From an uncultured virus (IMG/VR IMGVR_UViG_2061766007_004224) (lineage: Duplodnaviria; Heunggongvirae; Uroviricota; Caudoviricetes), in IMG/VR virus record IMGVR_UViG_2061766007_004224: a DNA stretch of 20,000 nucleotides; one strand, given 5' to 3'. Below are positions 1 to 8,128 of this stretch, one piece after another; position 1 is the stretch's first letter, and every line of letters starts with the position of its first letter. Both the position numbers and the translations under genes were made by a program. Under the pieces are notes generated by a model. It worked only from the letters and a program-made list of their open reading frames with translations, ran no database searches and was not told the origin of the DNA.

Positions 1-1
1 G

Positions 2-1882
2 GGCAAAATTCGAGGCGAAGAAGCTGCAATTCTCCTGAGCCTCGGGCTGGACCCGAACAGCGAAATCTCGCAGGCTGATCTGGACAAAATGATCGGACTT
101 ATAAACGGTGTCGGAACCATGAACGCCCGCCTGAATATCACACTGGCAGATGGCAGCCTGTCTCCTGAAGAACTGGAAAACGCAGCCAGCGCCCTTGACA
201 CGATGTACCAGCGACTTGCCGATATGAGCGGAGGTGCATTTACCGCTGAAGATCTGAAAAGCGGAGCTGCTACCGCCGAGCAGGTGCAACAGTATTTGCA
301 GACGAGAGCAGACAAGGACATCTACAGCCTGCAAGCTGAAGTTGAGCAGGCGAGGTCAAAGGTCGATGCTGGCGTTCAGGCGAGAGAGCGGTATAAGGCG
401 AATGCTGAGGCAGCAGCCGCAGAAGAGGCTGGATATAATCAGCAAATTACACAGTTGAAGCTGCTTGAAGGCGAACGCCAGACGCTTAACGCTCAGAGAG
501 ATGTTATGGAAGGAAGGCTCGCCAGGAAAGAGATAAGCGCCGATGATTATATTGCGTGGGAAGAAGGAACCTACAGACCCGGAATCTGGGGGATGCAGGA
601 TAGGTACAAAGAAATCACAGGGAATGCCCACGCTCCGACTTATGGTTTTCTGGAAACGGCAGCAGAAAACGGCTTTGACACATCCACGCTTGAAATGTAT
701 TCCCAAATGGCGCGGGAAGAAAAAGAAAGGTATCTCGGTGACTACAACACGCAAAACGCATCCCTTCAAAAGCTCTATGCAGGGGAAAAAGACCTCATGG
801 AGCGCCAAACCTTCAACGGAACAAGCGTTTCCGGGTATTCTCTCGAAGAACTGGCTGAACAGTACCACATGATTGACGAAGCAGGGCAGGAGGCTTTTGC
901 GAGCGCCATAGCTGGCCTTGTCGAGCTGAATGACGCTGCCACATACTTGTCCGACAACGATAAGGTTGACATCGGCAGCATTCTCGGCACGGCAGAAATG
1001 AGCGTCACAGCTGATGCTAACCTGCAAGTGCTTGGCGATATGAACAAAGTGTTCAGCGATCTAAGCGAGCAGTATCAAGGTCTCCAGCAAACGATGGCTT
1101 CTACAAACGACGAAAACTACATCGCAAATCTTCAGGCGCAGATGGACAGTCTGGATGATGCAAACCTGAAGGCGGTCAACGCGGCGCTCGAAGCCCTCGG
1201 CCTCGACAAGATCGACAGCATCGGCGACCTCAGCGCAAAACTCCAAGAGATCGCAGCCATTGACCCGTCCGGCCTTGACTTCACCGCTGCGGCAGCGTCA
1301 CTCGAAGCACTCGGCGGCGATGCAACCTCAGCAAAGGAAAAGGTCGCGGCAGCCAAGGCGCAGATCGAAGCCATTGCAAAGACGTGGAATATAACCATCA
1401 AATACAACGTGGTCGGCAGCATCCCGGACGCTCCAAAGACAAACGCCATGGGCGGCATCTACGACGGCGCTTTCCTGAGCTGGGTAGCTGAGGATGGCCC
1501 GGAGGCCATTATCCCGCTCGGAAACGATAAGCGCGGGCGTGGCCTCGACCTCTGGATGCAGGCTGGACGGATGCTCGGCGTGAACGAGTTCGCGGACGGC
1601 GGCATCATGGCTCCGTATGCCGGAGCCATTGCCGATCTGCCGGACTTCGTTCTGGAGGATGAAGACGCGCCTGCCCCGATTGCCGTACCGACTGGAAGCA
1701 GCGGCGGCAAAGGCCAGCAGACCATCGAAGTGTCCATCGACAGCAGCCCGACATTCGAGATCAAGGGCGGCAGCCCTGACGACATCATGGCGGCGCTGAA
1801 AACCCACATGAAAGAGCTTGCTGAACTGCTGGGAACCGAGTTCGCCGAGCAGATCAGCGACATCGTACTTAACATAGCATAA
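2..1882 (+). CDS. Tail tape-measure protein, C-terminal part (5' end lies upstream of the window)
   Basis: Frame is open from base 2. The protein is long, Ala/Gln/Glu-rich and helical, with the typical TMP C-terminal motifs NAMGGIY...VAEDGPEAIIPL and FADGGI. It sits directly before the baseplate genes. Confidence 0.85.
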   Translation, partial: GKIRGEEAAILLSLGLDPNSEISQADLDKMIGLINGVGTMNARLNITLADGSLSPEELENAASALDTMYQRLADMSGGAFTAEDLKSGAATAEQVQQYLQTRADKDIYSLQAEVEQARSKVDAGVQARERYKANAEAAAAEEAGYNQQITQLKLLEGERQTLNAQRDVMEGRLARKEISADDYIAWEEGTYRPGIWGMQDRYKEITGNAHAPTYGFLETAAENGFDTSTLEMYSQMAREEKERYLGDYNTQNASLQKLYAGEKDLMERQTFNGTSVSGYSLEELAEQYHMIDEAGQEAFASAIAGLVELNDAATYLSDNDKVDIGSILGTAEMSVTADANLQVLGDMNKVFSDLSEQYQGLQQTMASTNDENYIANLQAQMDSLDDANLKAVNAALEALGLDKIDSIGDLSAKLQEIAAIDPSGLDFTAAAASLEALGGDATSAKEKVAAAKAQIEAIAKTWNITIKYNVVGSIPDAPKTNAMGGIYDGAFLSWVAEDGPEAIIPLGNDKRGRGLDLWMQAGRMLGVNEFADGGIMAPYAGAIADLPDFVLEDEDAPAPIAVPTGSSGGKGQQTIEVSIDSSPTFEIKGGSPDDIMAALKTHMKELAELLGTEFAEQISDIVLNIA

Positions 1883-1894
1883 GGAGGGAGCGGC

Positions 1895-2614
1895 ATGGAT
1901 ATTTACCTCACAGCGAACGGCGAACGGTTGAGAATCCCGCTGCTCCCGGACCGCCTCAGCGTGAAGATGGGAACCGTGTCCATCGGCTTCCAAGTCATCA
2001 AAAAAGGCGAATACAAGATACCCCGTGGGACCTCTCTCACGGGGTATTCTTGGAATGGTGTTTTCCCCGGCAAAGCGATGGCAGAAGCATCGTTCGTGCA
2101 TGACTGGCAGGCACCGACCCGAATCATTTCCACCTTCAGCAGATGGATGGAACAGAACCTAACCGTCCATATCATGGTCACGGAAACCACGATCAACGAT
2201 GATGTGTTCATCGAAAACTTCGTCTTCGATCACTTCGGCGTGGACAATGTTTCCTACACCCTGACCCTGACCAAGTATAGGCCGCTGTACGTCACTACAG
2301 CCCCGCCTCAGCCTGAGGTTATCATTCCTACACAGGAGGAGGAAAAAGTGGAAACCAAGACCGATACGAAGACGAAAAGCACACAATCGACCAACAAGAA
2401 CGACCAAAGCACCAAAAAAGACCAGAAGACCAATACGGATAACAACACAAAGACAAAGAAGCTGTCGGCGACGATTCCGACAAATAAACTTGCTTTGCCC
2501 GCTGCAAAGACCGCAACAAAGAAGCCTGCCGTAGTCGTCGATACAGGCAATACCTCAGGGCTTGCTCGCGGCAACGCCCTGAAGCGCGACATGGTAATGG
2601 TCGCTCTCAAATAA
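1895..2614 (+). CDS. XkdP-like tail/baseplate protein (no LysM domain visible; Lys/Thr-rich C-terminus)
   Basis: AGGAGG RBS. N-terminus RIPLLPDRL...SWNGVFPG...YTLTLTKYRP resembles the post-TMP XkdP/YqbP-type protein, and synteny agrees. Confidence 0.65.
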   Translation: MDIYLTANGERLRIPLLPDRLSVKMGTVSIGFQVIKKGEYKIPRGTSLTGYSWNGVFPGKAMAEASFVHDWQAPTRIISTFSRWMEQNLTVHIMVTETTINDDVFIENFVFDHFGVDNVSYTLTLTKYRPLYVTTAPPQPEVIIPTQEEEKVETKTDTKTKSTQSTNKNDQSTKKDQKTNTDNNTKTKKLSATIPTNKLALPAAKTATKKPAVVVDTGNTSGLARGNALKRDMVMVALK

Positions 2615-2629
2615 CCGAGGAGGAGCAGT

Positions 2630-3634
2630 ATGGGACAAGTTGACCTCTCGAAAATCAAATACAACGTGGTCGCTGTCCTATCTGGCGGCGGTCAGGTGAA
2701 TCTGGAGAATGTCGCTGAGAATATTGCGTGGGAAGAGAATGAGAAGGAGCTGGCCGTCCGGCTGAACATCACCATTCGGGATGTGAAAAATGGCGGCGGC
2801 AGAATAGCCCAGCAGCTCGCTCTCTGTACCGCGCTCGTTCTGTATTACGACACTGGCTCCGGCCCGCAGGAAGCGTTTCGCGGAACGATCTGGGAATGGG
2901 GCCACTCGCAGGTGAATGATGACGAGATCATCATAACCGCCTACGATATGCTGTTCTATCTCCAGAAGTCTGAAGACTACAAGTATTACGAAGCCGGGAA
3001 AAGCACAAAAGCGATCATCGGCGACATACTCGGCTCGTGGAGCGTTCCGATGGGTGATTACTCAGGTCCGTCCGTCACCCATGAAAAGGTGGTCTACAAA
3101 TCGCAGGCAGTCAGTTCGATGCTGACAGCCGCGCTCGATGAGGCCGTAAAGAAGACGGGCAAGAAAGGTATAATCCGCGCCAAACAGGGGAAGTGCGAGA
3201 TCGTAAAGCAGGGGACGAACTCTGAAATCTGGACCTTCGCTGCCACAACGAATCTGCTGATGGCGAGCGATAAGTACAGCATGACCGACCTCGTGACCCG
3301 CGTCAAAATCTTCGGTAAAGAGGACAAGGACGGCACGAAACGCCCGCCTGTCGTGGCGGTCGAGAATGGAGCCACCAACTACGGCACGCTCCAGAAAGTG
3401 CTGATGGTTGGCAGCTCCACGGTGGATGAGGCAAAGGCCGAGGCCGCGAGCATCCTGTCAGACAAGGGCAAGCCCAAACGGACGCTGACCCTCAGGTCGC
3501 CTGATATGCCATGCATCCGCAAGGGCGACCGCATCCGGGCGATACTGGACAATATCGACGGTTATTTTTTTGTCCTGAGCGTTTCCCATAACGCGACCAC
3601 GATGCAGATGCAGATGGAGGTGGAACCTGCATGA
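2630..3634 (+). CDS. XkdQ/YqbQ-like baseplate hub protein
   Basis: GAGGAGG RBS; 334 aa; motifs ITAYDMLFYL, TRVKIFG, YGTLQKV, YFFVLSVSH; position in the PBSX-type cluster. Confidence 0.75.
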   Translation: MGQVDLSKIKYNVVAVLSGGGQVNLENVAENIAWEENEKELAVRLNITIRDVKNGGGRIAQQLALCTALVLYYDTGSGPQEAFRGTIWEWGHSQVNDDEIIITAYDMLFYLQKSEDYKYYEAGKSTKAIIGDILGSWSVPMGDYSGPSVTHEKVVYKSQAVSSMLTAALDEAVKKTGKKGIIRAKQGKCEIVKQGTNSEIWTFAATTNLLMASDKYSMTDLVTRVKIFGKEDKDGTKRPPVVAVENGATNYGTLQKVLMVGSSTVDEAKAEAASILSDKGKPKRTLTLRSPDMPCIRKGDRIRAILDNIDGYFFVLSVSHNATTMQMQMEVEPA

Positions 3635-4023
3635 GCCAAGGCGACAATACGCCCGGCATGAGCAAATTTGCCGGAGTGATCGACAGCATGATTCAGAAGC
3701 GGAAGGACACTTCGCTGCTTCTGGACTACGGCGTGATTCAGGATGACCTGAGCCTGATAACAAACACTTTTCCAATTCCCATCCCAAAGAAGGATTATAT
3801 GTGCTGCCGTCACTTGAAAGCCATCCCGGAGAAAGATCGGTGGACGACGGAGTATGCCGGGACGCACACGCACCCCGGAGGCGATGGAGGCAGCGCAGGC
3901 TCACACGCCCACAAATTCCAGCCTCATTGGGTGCTGAAGAAGGGAGATCGCGTTCTGGTGGCGTGGGTGCAGAACGACCCCGTGGTCATCGACGTGATCG
4001 TCCATGCAAACGAAGTATTCTGA
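3631..4023 (+). CDS. XkdR/DUF2577-like baseplate spike protein
   Basis: ATGA overlap with the hub gene; HTH...HAH histidine pairs; LKKGDRVLV...VVIDV C-terminus typical of this family. Confidence 0.7.
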   Translation: MSQGDNTPGMSKFAGVIDSMIQKRKDTSLLLDYGVIQDDLSLITNTFPIPIPKKDYMCCRHLKAIPEKDRWTTEYAGTHTHPGGDGGSAGSHAHKFQPHWVLKKGDRVLVAWVQNDPVVIDVIVHANEVF

Positions 4024-4038
4024 TGGGAGGTGTGATAG

Positions 4039-4485
4039 ATGGCAGAACAGCTTTTCCCTGTCTTCGAGATACCGTCCATCGTCCAGAATGAAGAGAGCGA
4101 GAAGGAACAATACTTCTACCCTGGCCCGCTGTTTGATTTCAACTCAGGAGACTTCGTACTGGACGGTGCGCATCAGTTCACGATGGTAGACGGCCTCGAC
4201 GAGTACATAATCTGGTGTCTGAAAACACTCAAAACGCAGGTAGGTTCATGCGCGAGCTACCCGGAGTACGGCATCGACATTGACGGCGCTCTGTCAGAGC
4301 CGAACCATGAGGCCATCTGCTCCGCTTTCGAGCGCACGATCACTGAGGGCCTGATGAGAAACCCACGTACAGAACGGGTGTACAGTTTCGAGTTCGTATG
4401 GACTGCTGATTCTCTCGCAATCCTGTTTATCATCAAGCCTAAGAATCTTGACGCTTTCGACATCACAATGACCGTCGTGACATAA
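4039..4485 (+). CDS. XkdS/DUF2634-like (gp25-like) baseplate wedge / sheath initiator
   Basis: GGAGGTG RBS; FDFNSGDFV, WCLKTLKT, YPEYG and ITEGLMRNPRTERV motifs; directly upstream of baseplate J. Confidence 0.75.
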   Translation: MAEQLFPVFEIPSIVQNEESEKEQYFYPGPLFDFNSGDFVLDGAHQFTMVDGLDEYIIWCLKTLKTQVGSCASYPEYGIDIDGALSEPNHEAICSAFERTITEGLMRNPRTERVYSFEFVWTADSLAILFIIKPKNLDAFDITMTVVT

Positions 4486-4499
4486 GGAGGTGAACACAA

Positions 4500-5657
4500 A
4501 TGATTGATATTCAGCCGTACACGCCCCCGGCGATTCTGGACGATACGGACGTGGACACCATACACGCCCGGATGCTTGCGGACCTGCCTGAGAATATCGA
4601 CCAGACGGAGGGCGGCTTCGCGTGGGACATGACCCGGCCCTCAGCCATTGAAAAGTCCTACGCGATGGAGGCCCTGAACTACGTCGTTCAGATCATGTTC
4701 CCCGAATGGGCGACGGGCTATTTCCTCGACCTCCATGCCAGACGATGCGGCATCTCCCGGAAAGAGGCCGTGGCAGCCACGGGCTACGTCAGGGTGATCG
4801 GTACGACCAACGTGCTGATCGCCCGTAATTTCGTTTTCTGTACGCCAGCGACCCCGATCTCATCCTCTATCGAGTTCCTTGTGACCGAGGCCACCACGCT
4901 GGAGTACGATTCGGAGAACGAAGATTACCGCGCCACCATCCCCGTGGTCTGCGCCGAGAAAGGCATCGTCGGAAATGTGCCGAGCGACAGCGTAATCCTT
5001 ATGTCAGTTCCGCTGACGGGCATCACGTCGGTCACAAACCCGGCAGCCATGGGCGCGGGCGCTGAGGAAGAGACGGATGATGAGCTGCGCGAGCGCATCA
5101 TGGAGATCGACCGAACCCGCGAAACTTCGTTCATCGGCAACGATAACGACTATGTACGCTGGGCCAAGCAGATTGAGGGGGTCGGCAGTGCGGCTACCAT
5201 CCGAGAATGGATGGGCGCTGGGACGGGTACGGTGAAGGTTCTGATCATGGACACAGAGGGAGCGCCTGCGAGCCAGACCCTGATTAACAAGGTTTACAAC
5301 CACATAGCAGGGTCCGACGATGACCCGTCTACCCGGCTTATGCCCATTGGCGCAATCCTGACCGTGGCGACTGCAACGCCGCTGGGCCTCGATATTGCGG
5401 CAGAGGTAGAGCTGGCCGATGGATATGCCATCAGCACCATCGAGGCATCCTTCAGGACCGCGCTGCTCGCTGTCTTCGACAAGGCCAAGGAAGAAAAGGT
5501 CCTTCGGTACACCGACGTGTGCAACGCACTCCACGATACAGCCGGGGTGCTGGATTACTTCAACCTCACCGTCAATTCGGGGACACAGAACGTAACCATC
5601 GCCATTGACAATTTCCCGACTGTCTCCACGATGTCCCTGACGGAAGCGGGTGATTAA
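4500..5657 (+). CDS. Baseplate J/gp47 family protein (XkdT-like)
   Basis: AAGGAGGTG RBS; EGGFAWD, ATGYFLDLHA...GISRKEA, GAEEETDDELRERI, DYVRWAK and GTGTVKVLI motifs. Confidence 0.9.
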   Translation: MIDIQPYTPPAILDDTDVDTIHARMLADLPENIDQTEGGFAWDMTRPSAIEKSYAMEALNYVVQIMFPEWATGYFLDLHARRCGISRKEAVAATGYVRVIGTTNVLIARNFVFCTPATPISSSIEFLVTEATTLEYDSENEDYRATIPVVCAEKGIVGNVPSDSVILMSVPLTGITSVTNPAAMGAGAEEETDDELRERIMEIDRTRETSFIGNDNDYVRWAKQIEGVGSAATIREWMGAGTGTVKVLIMDTEGAPASQTLINKVYNHIAGSDDDPSTRLMPIGAILTVATATPLGLDIAAEVELADGYAISTIEASFRTALLAVFDKAKEEKVLRYTDVCNALHDTAGVLDYFNLTVNSGTQNVTIAIDNFPTVSTMSLTEAGD

Positions 5658-5660
5658 CCC

Positions 5661-6474
5661 ATGAACGATCAGACCTTCAAGGAGTACATCGTTCAAAGCA
5701 CGGCTGCAAAGCGCATGATCGGCACCGTGTCCCCGATCTACGAAGACGCATACGCTGGCTGCTGGCTGTTCGAGGACATAGGACGCGAGTGGGACCGCCT
5801 CTGGGAGATCATCGACCAGTTGCCGGATGAGCTGTTTCCGCAGACGGCGACATGGCTGCTGGGGCTATGGGAGCGTCGCTACGGTATCACGCCGAATGAG
5901 GGCGACACAATCGAAGTTCGCCGCCAGCGCATCGAGGAGATCGAGGCGTACCCGAAGCCGTTTACTCCGTGGACGCTGGACAGGTGGTGTCAGATCACCA
6001 TGGGCCGGAATGCTGTCGTGGAAGATCATGTATCGGCATACACCTTCGGCGTTACGCTCGTCAGCCATCCCGATTCTCTGCCGTTGGACATCAAGAAAGT
6101 CCGGGAATACATCAACGGACATAAGCATAGCCACATGAGCTATGAGCTGACGTTTCAGGCTCAGTCCCGCATCCTGCTCACCATCGAAACGGCTTACTGG
6201 CGCTTCCACTACGAGATGTCCGGCACCAAACCATACAGGAACATCGTGGGCGGTCTGTCTGGCGGCGAGATCACCGTCACCCCTGCCCCCCACGGCTACG
6301 TCTTTGAATACCCCTTCGCTGGCACGGATGAGGCGGGCGTGCTTCCTCAAATCAATATCACCAGCGGAGGCGACCAGAGAGGCATACTGGCCGCTACTGG
6401 CGGCAACGGCTANNNNNNNNNNNNNNNNNNNNNNNNNNNNNNNNGTTGTCAACGCTGGCGGGGGTATTTTATAG
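5661..6474 (+). CDS. XkdU/YmfQ (DUF2313)-like baseplate protein; 3' end interrupted by an assembly gap
   Basis: LFPQTATWLLGLWERRYGI...RRQRI and HKHSHMSY motifs. The N-run is at 6413-6444. The most plausible end is VVNAGGGIL-TAG (6472-6474), just before the next gene's RBS, rather than 6623. Confidence 0.7.
6413..6444. other. Assembly gap (32 N)
   Basis: Run of N in the sequence. Confidence 0.99.
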
Positions 6475-6498
6475 CAATCGAAGAAAGGGGAATCCGTC

Positions 6499-6810
6499 AT
6501 GCTCACCAATACCGCGCTGACTTCTCTGAAAAATCACCTGAAGAACAGCATCAAGTTCGCAAAGTACAAGGTCGGCAACACCTACTACCAAGCGGACATC
6601 CGAAGCGCCTACATCATGGATGATGGCAGGGTGGCGATCACTTTCCTGATCGACCACACCGTACCCGGCAATATCACCGTGACCGAGGTGCAGCTCTACG
6701 ATCACAACGGCAGCCTCTGGGCGAGCAAAGCTGAAAGTATCACCCGCGCCAACGTGCAGGAGGGTATTCTCTACCGCTTCGCCTTCACGATCACGGAAGA
6801 AGAAACCTGA
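6499..6810 (+). CDS. Small tail protein, probable tail-fibre/collar attachment domain
   Basis: AAAGGGG RBS; 103 aa, beta-rich, with ITVTEVQLYDHNGSLWASK; lies between the baseplate and fibre genes. Confidence 0.6.
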   Translation: MLTNTALTSLKNHLKNSIKFAKYKVGNTYYQADIRSAYIMDDGRVAITFLIDHTVPGNITVTEVQLYDHNGSLWASKAESITRANVQEGILYRFAFTITEEET

Positions 6811-6843
6811 TTCCGAATAGGCTGAGAAAGGAGGAACCCATAT

Positions 6844-7476
6844 ATGCCTTATCCCCAGACCGATTGGAAAGACCATGTAACGGAGTATGAAAACCGCTAC
6901 ACGGAATCCACGAACCCGGACGGCTCGATCACCCACACCAAAGTCGAGGGCGAGGTCATCCAGCAGGGTACGCCCATGAGCGCAACCAACTTCAACCACC
7001 AGGAAGATGGCATTGGCGAAGCCGCTGCGCTGGCTGACGCGCTCTTTACTCAGGTCCTGCTCCTGCTGGGCCACGGTAAGTATTCTCTGGAAGAGCTGGA
7101 CGCTGCGAAGCTGGACGTGAACGGCAAAGCTGCCGACGCTGCGAAGGCCGATAAGCTCGGTACGCCCCGGACGATTGCCATTTCTGGCGGTGCGACCGCT
7201 GCTGGCGTGTCCTTCGACGGCAGCGGGAACATCACGATCATCGTGACCGAGCTCGACCCCTCGAAACTGTCTGCTGCCGTAGCTGTCGCAAAGGGCGGCA
7301 CTGGCGCTACGGATGCTGCCGGAGCGCGGACGAACCTCGACGTGCCGTCCAACACAGACACTATCTCGGCGATGATTCTTGGGGATGCGCAGCGCTCCGT
7401 CGATCAGGCGGTGCAGCGTGACCTCGATGAACGGCTGATCACCGCCGAAGCGCAGATCGCCGCGATGGGAACCTAA
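6844..7476 (+). CDS. Short tail-fibre protein
   Basis: AAAGGAGG RBS; fibre motifs GTPMSATNFNHQEDGI, KLGTPRTIAISG...SFDGSGNITI and VAKGGTGATDAAGARTNL; C-terminal coiled coil. Confidence 0.75.
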   Translation: MPYPQTDWKDHVTEYENRYTESTNPDGSITHTKVEGEVIQQGTPMSATNFNHQEDGIGEAAALADALFTQVLLLLGHGKYSLEELDAAKLDVNGKAADAAKADKLGTPRTIAISGGATAAGVSFDGSGNITIIVTELDPSKLSAAVAVAKGGTGATDAAGARTNLDVPSNTDTISAMILGDAQRSVDQAVQRDLDERLITAEAQIAAMGT

Positions 7477-7496
7477 GAGAAGGGAGGAAGAACGCG

Positions 7497-7715
7497 ATGC
7501 CTGAGAACATCGAGGATTCCGTCGTGCTGACGGAAGAACCCGAACCCGGTCCCACGCCGGAACAGGAAGAAGAGTGGGAGCGTGAACGGAAAGCTCGCTG
7601 GGAAGCGAAGATTCAGCCGTACCGCGACTTCAAGGCTCAGGTCAATGAGCATGATGACCTGATGGCCGACGCTCTCTACGAACTGACCTTGCTCGAACTT
7701 GGAATGGAGGAGTAA
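7497..7715 (+). CDS. Small acidic coiled-coil tail-associated protein (hypothetical)
   Basis: GGGAGG RBS; 72 aa; tightly packed between the fibre and the XkdX-like genes. Confidence 0.7.
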   Translation: MPENIEDSVVLTEEPEPGPTPEQEEEWERERKARWEAKIQPYRDFKAQVNEHDDLMADALYELTLLELGMEE

Positions 7716-7718
7716 ACC

Positions 7719-7883
7719 ATGGCTTACAACCTGATGAAGCGCATCATCGAGCGCGACAAAAAGGCCGGGACGCTGGACAAGGCGGCGATCATGGACAAGC
7801 TCGACGCTTTCCTTGCTGCCGACCGTCTGACCACGGCACAGTATCAGGAGCTGGTGGCTCTCATGGATGCTGATGCCGAATGA
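7719..7883 (+). CDS. 54-aa XkdX-like small protein, copy 1 (absent from the ORF track)
   Basis: GGAGGAG RBS, ATG 7719, TGA 7881-7883. Translation MAYNLMKRIIERDKKAGTLDKAAIMDKLDAFLAADRLTTAQYQELVALMDADAE; 29/54 identical to the next gene. Confidence 0.8.
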   Translation: MAYNLMKRIIERDKKAGTLDKAAIMDKLDAFLAADRLTTAQYQELVALMDADAE

Positions 7884-7963
7884 ACAACCTGTTGACCAAA
7901 TTTGCCATCTGGTGGACAGATCGGCAATTTGAGAAATCTCTCAGAGAAATGGAGGACTTCGCT

Positions 7964-8128
7964 ATGACCTACAAGCTGATGAAGCGCATCATCGAGAATG
8001 GCCTGAAGAAAGGCAATCTCGACGTGGAATCGACCATGCAGAAGCTCGACGTGTTCCTCATGGCTGACCGTATCACCATTGAGGAATATCAGGAGCTGGT
8101 CGAACTGATCGAAGGGGGTAACACCTGA
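7964..8128 (+). CDS. 54-aa XkdX-like small protein, copy 2 (alternative start at 7880)
   Basis: GGAGG at 7951-7955 precedes ATG 7964 and gives exactly the same length as the paralogue; ITIEEYQEL motif. Confidence 0.75.
   Translation: MTYKLMKRIIENGLKKGNLDVESTMQKLDVFLMADRITIEEYQELVELIEGGNT

Noticed and set aside
6445..6623. Read-through of the XkdU-like ORF to 6623
   Set aside because: It depends on the nominal gap length and would overlap the RBS-supported 6499 gene by 125 nt.
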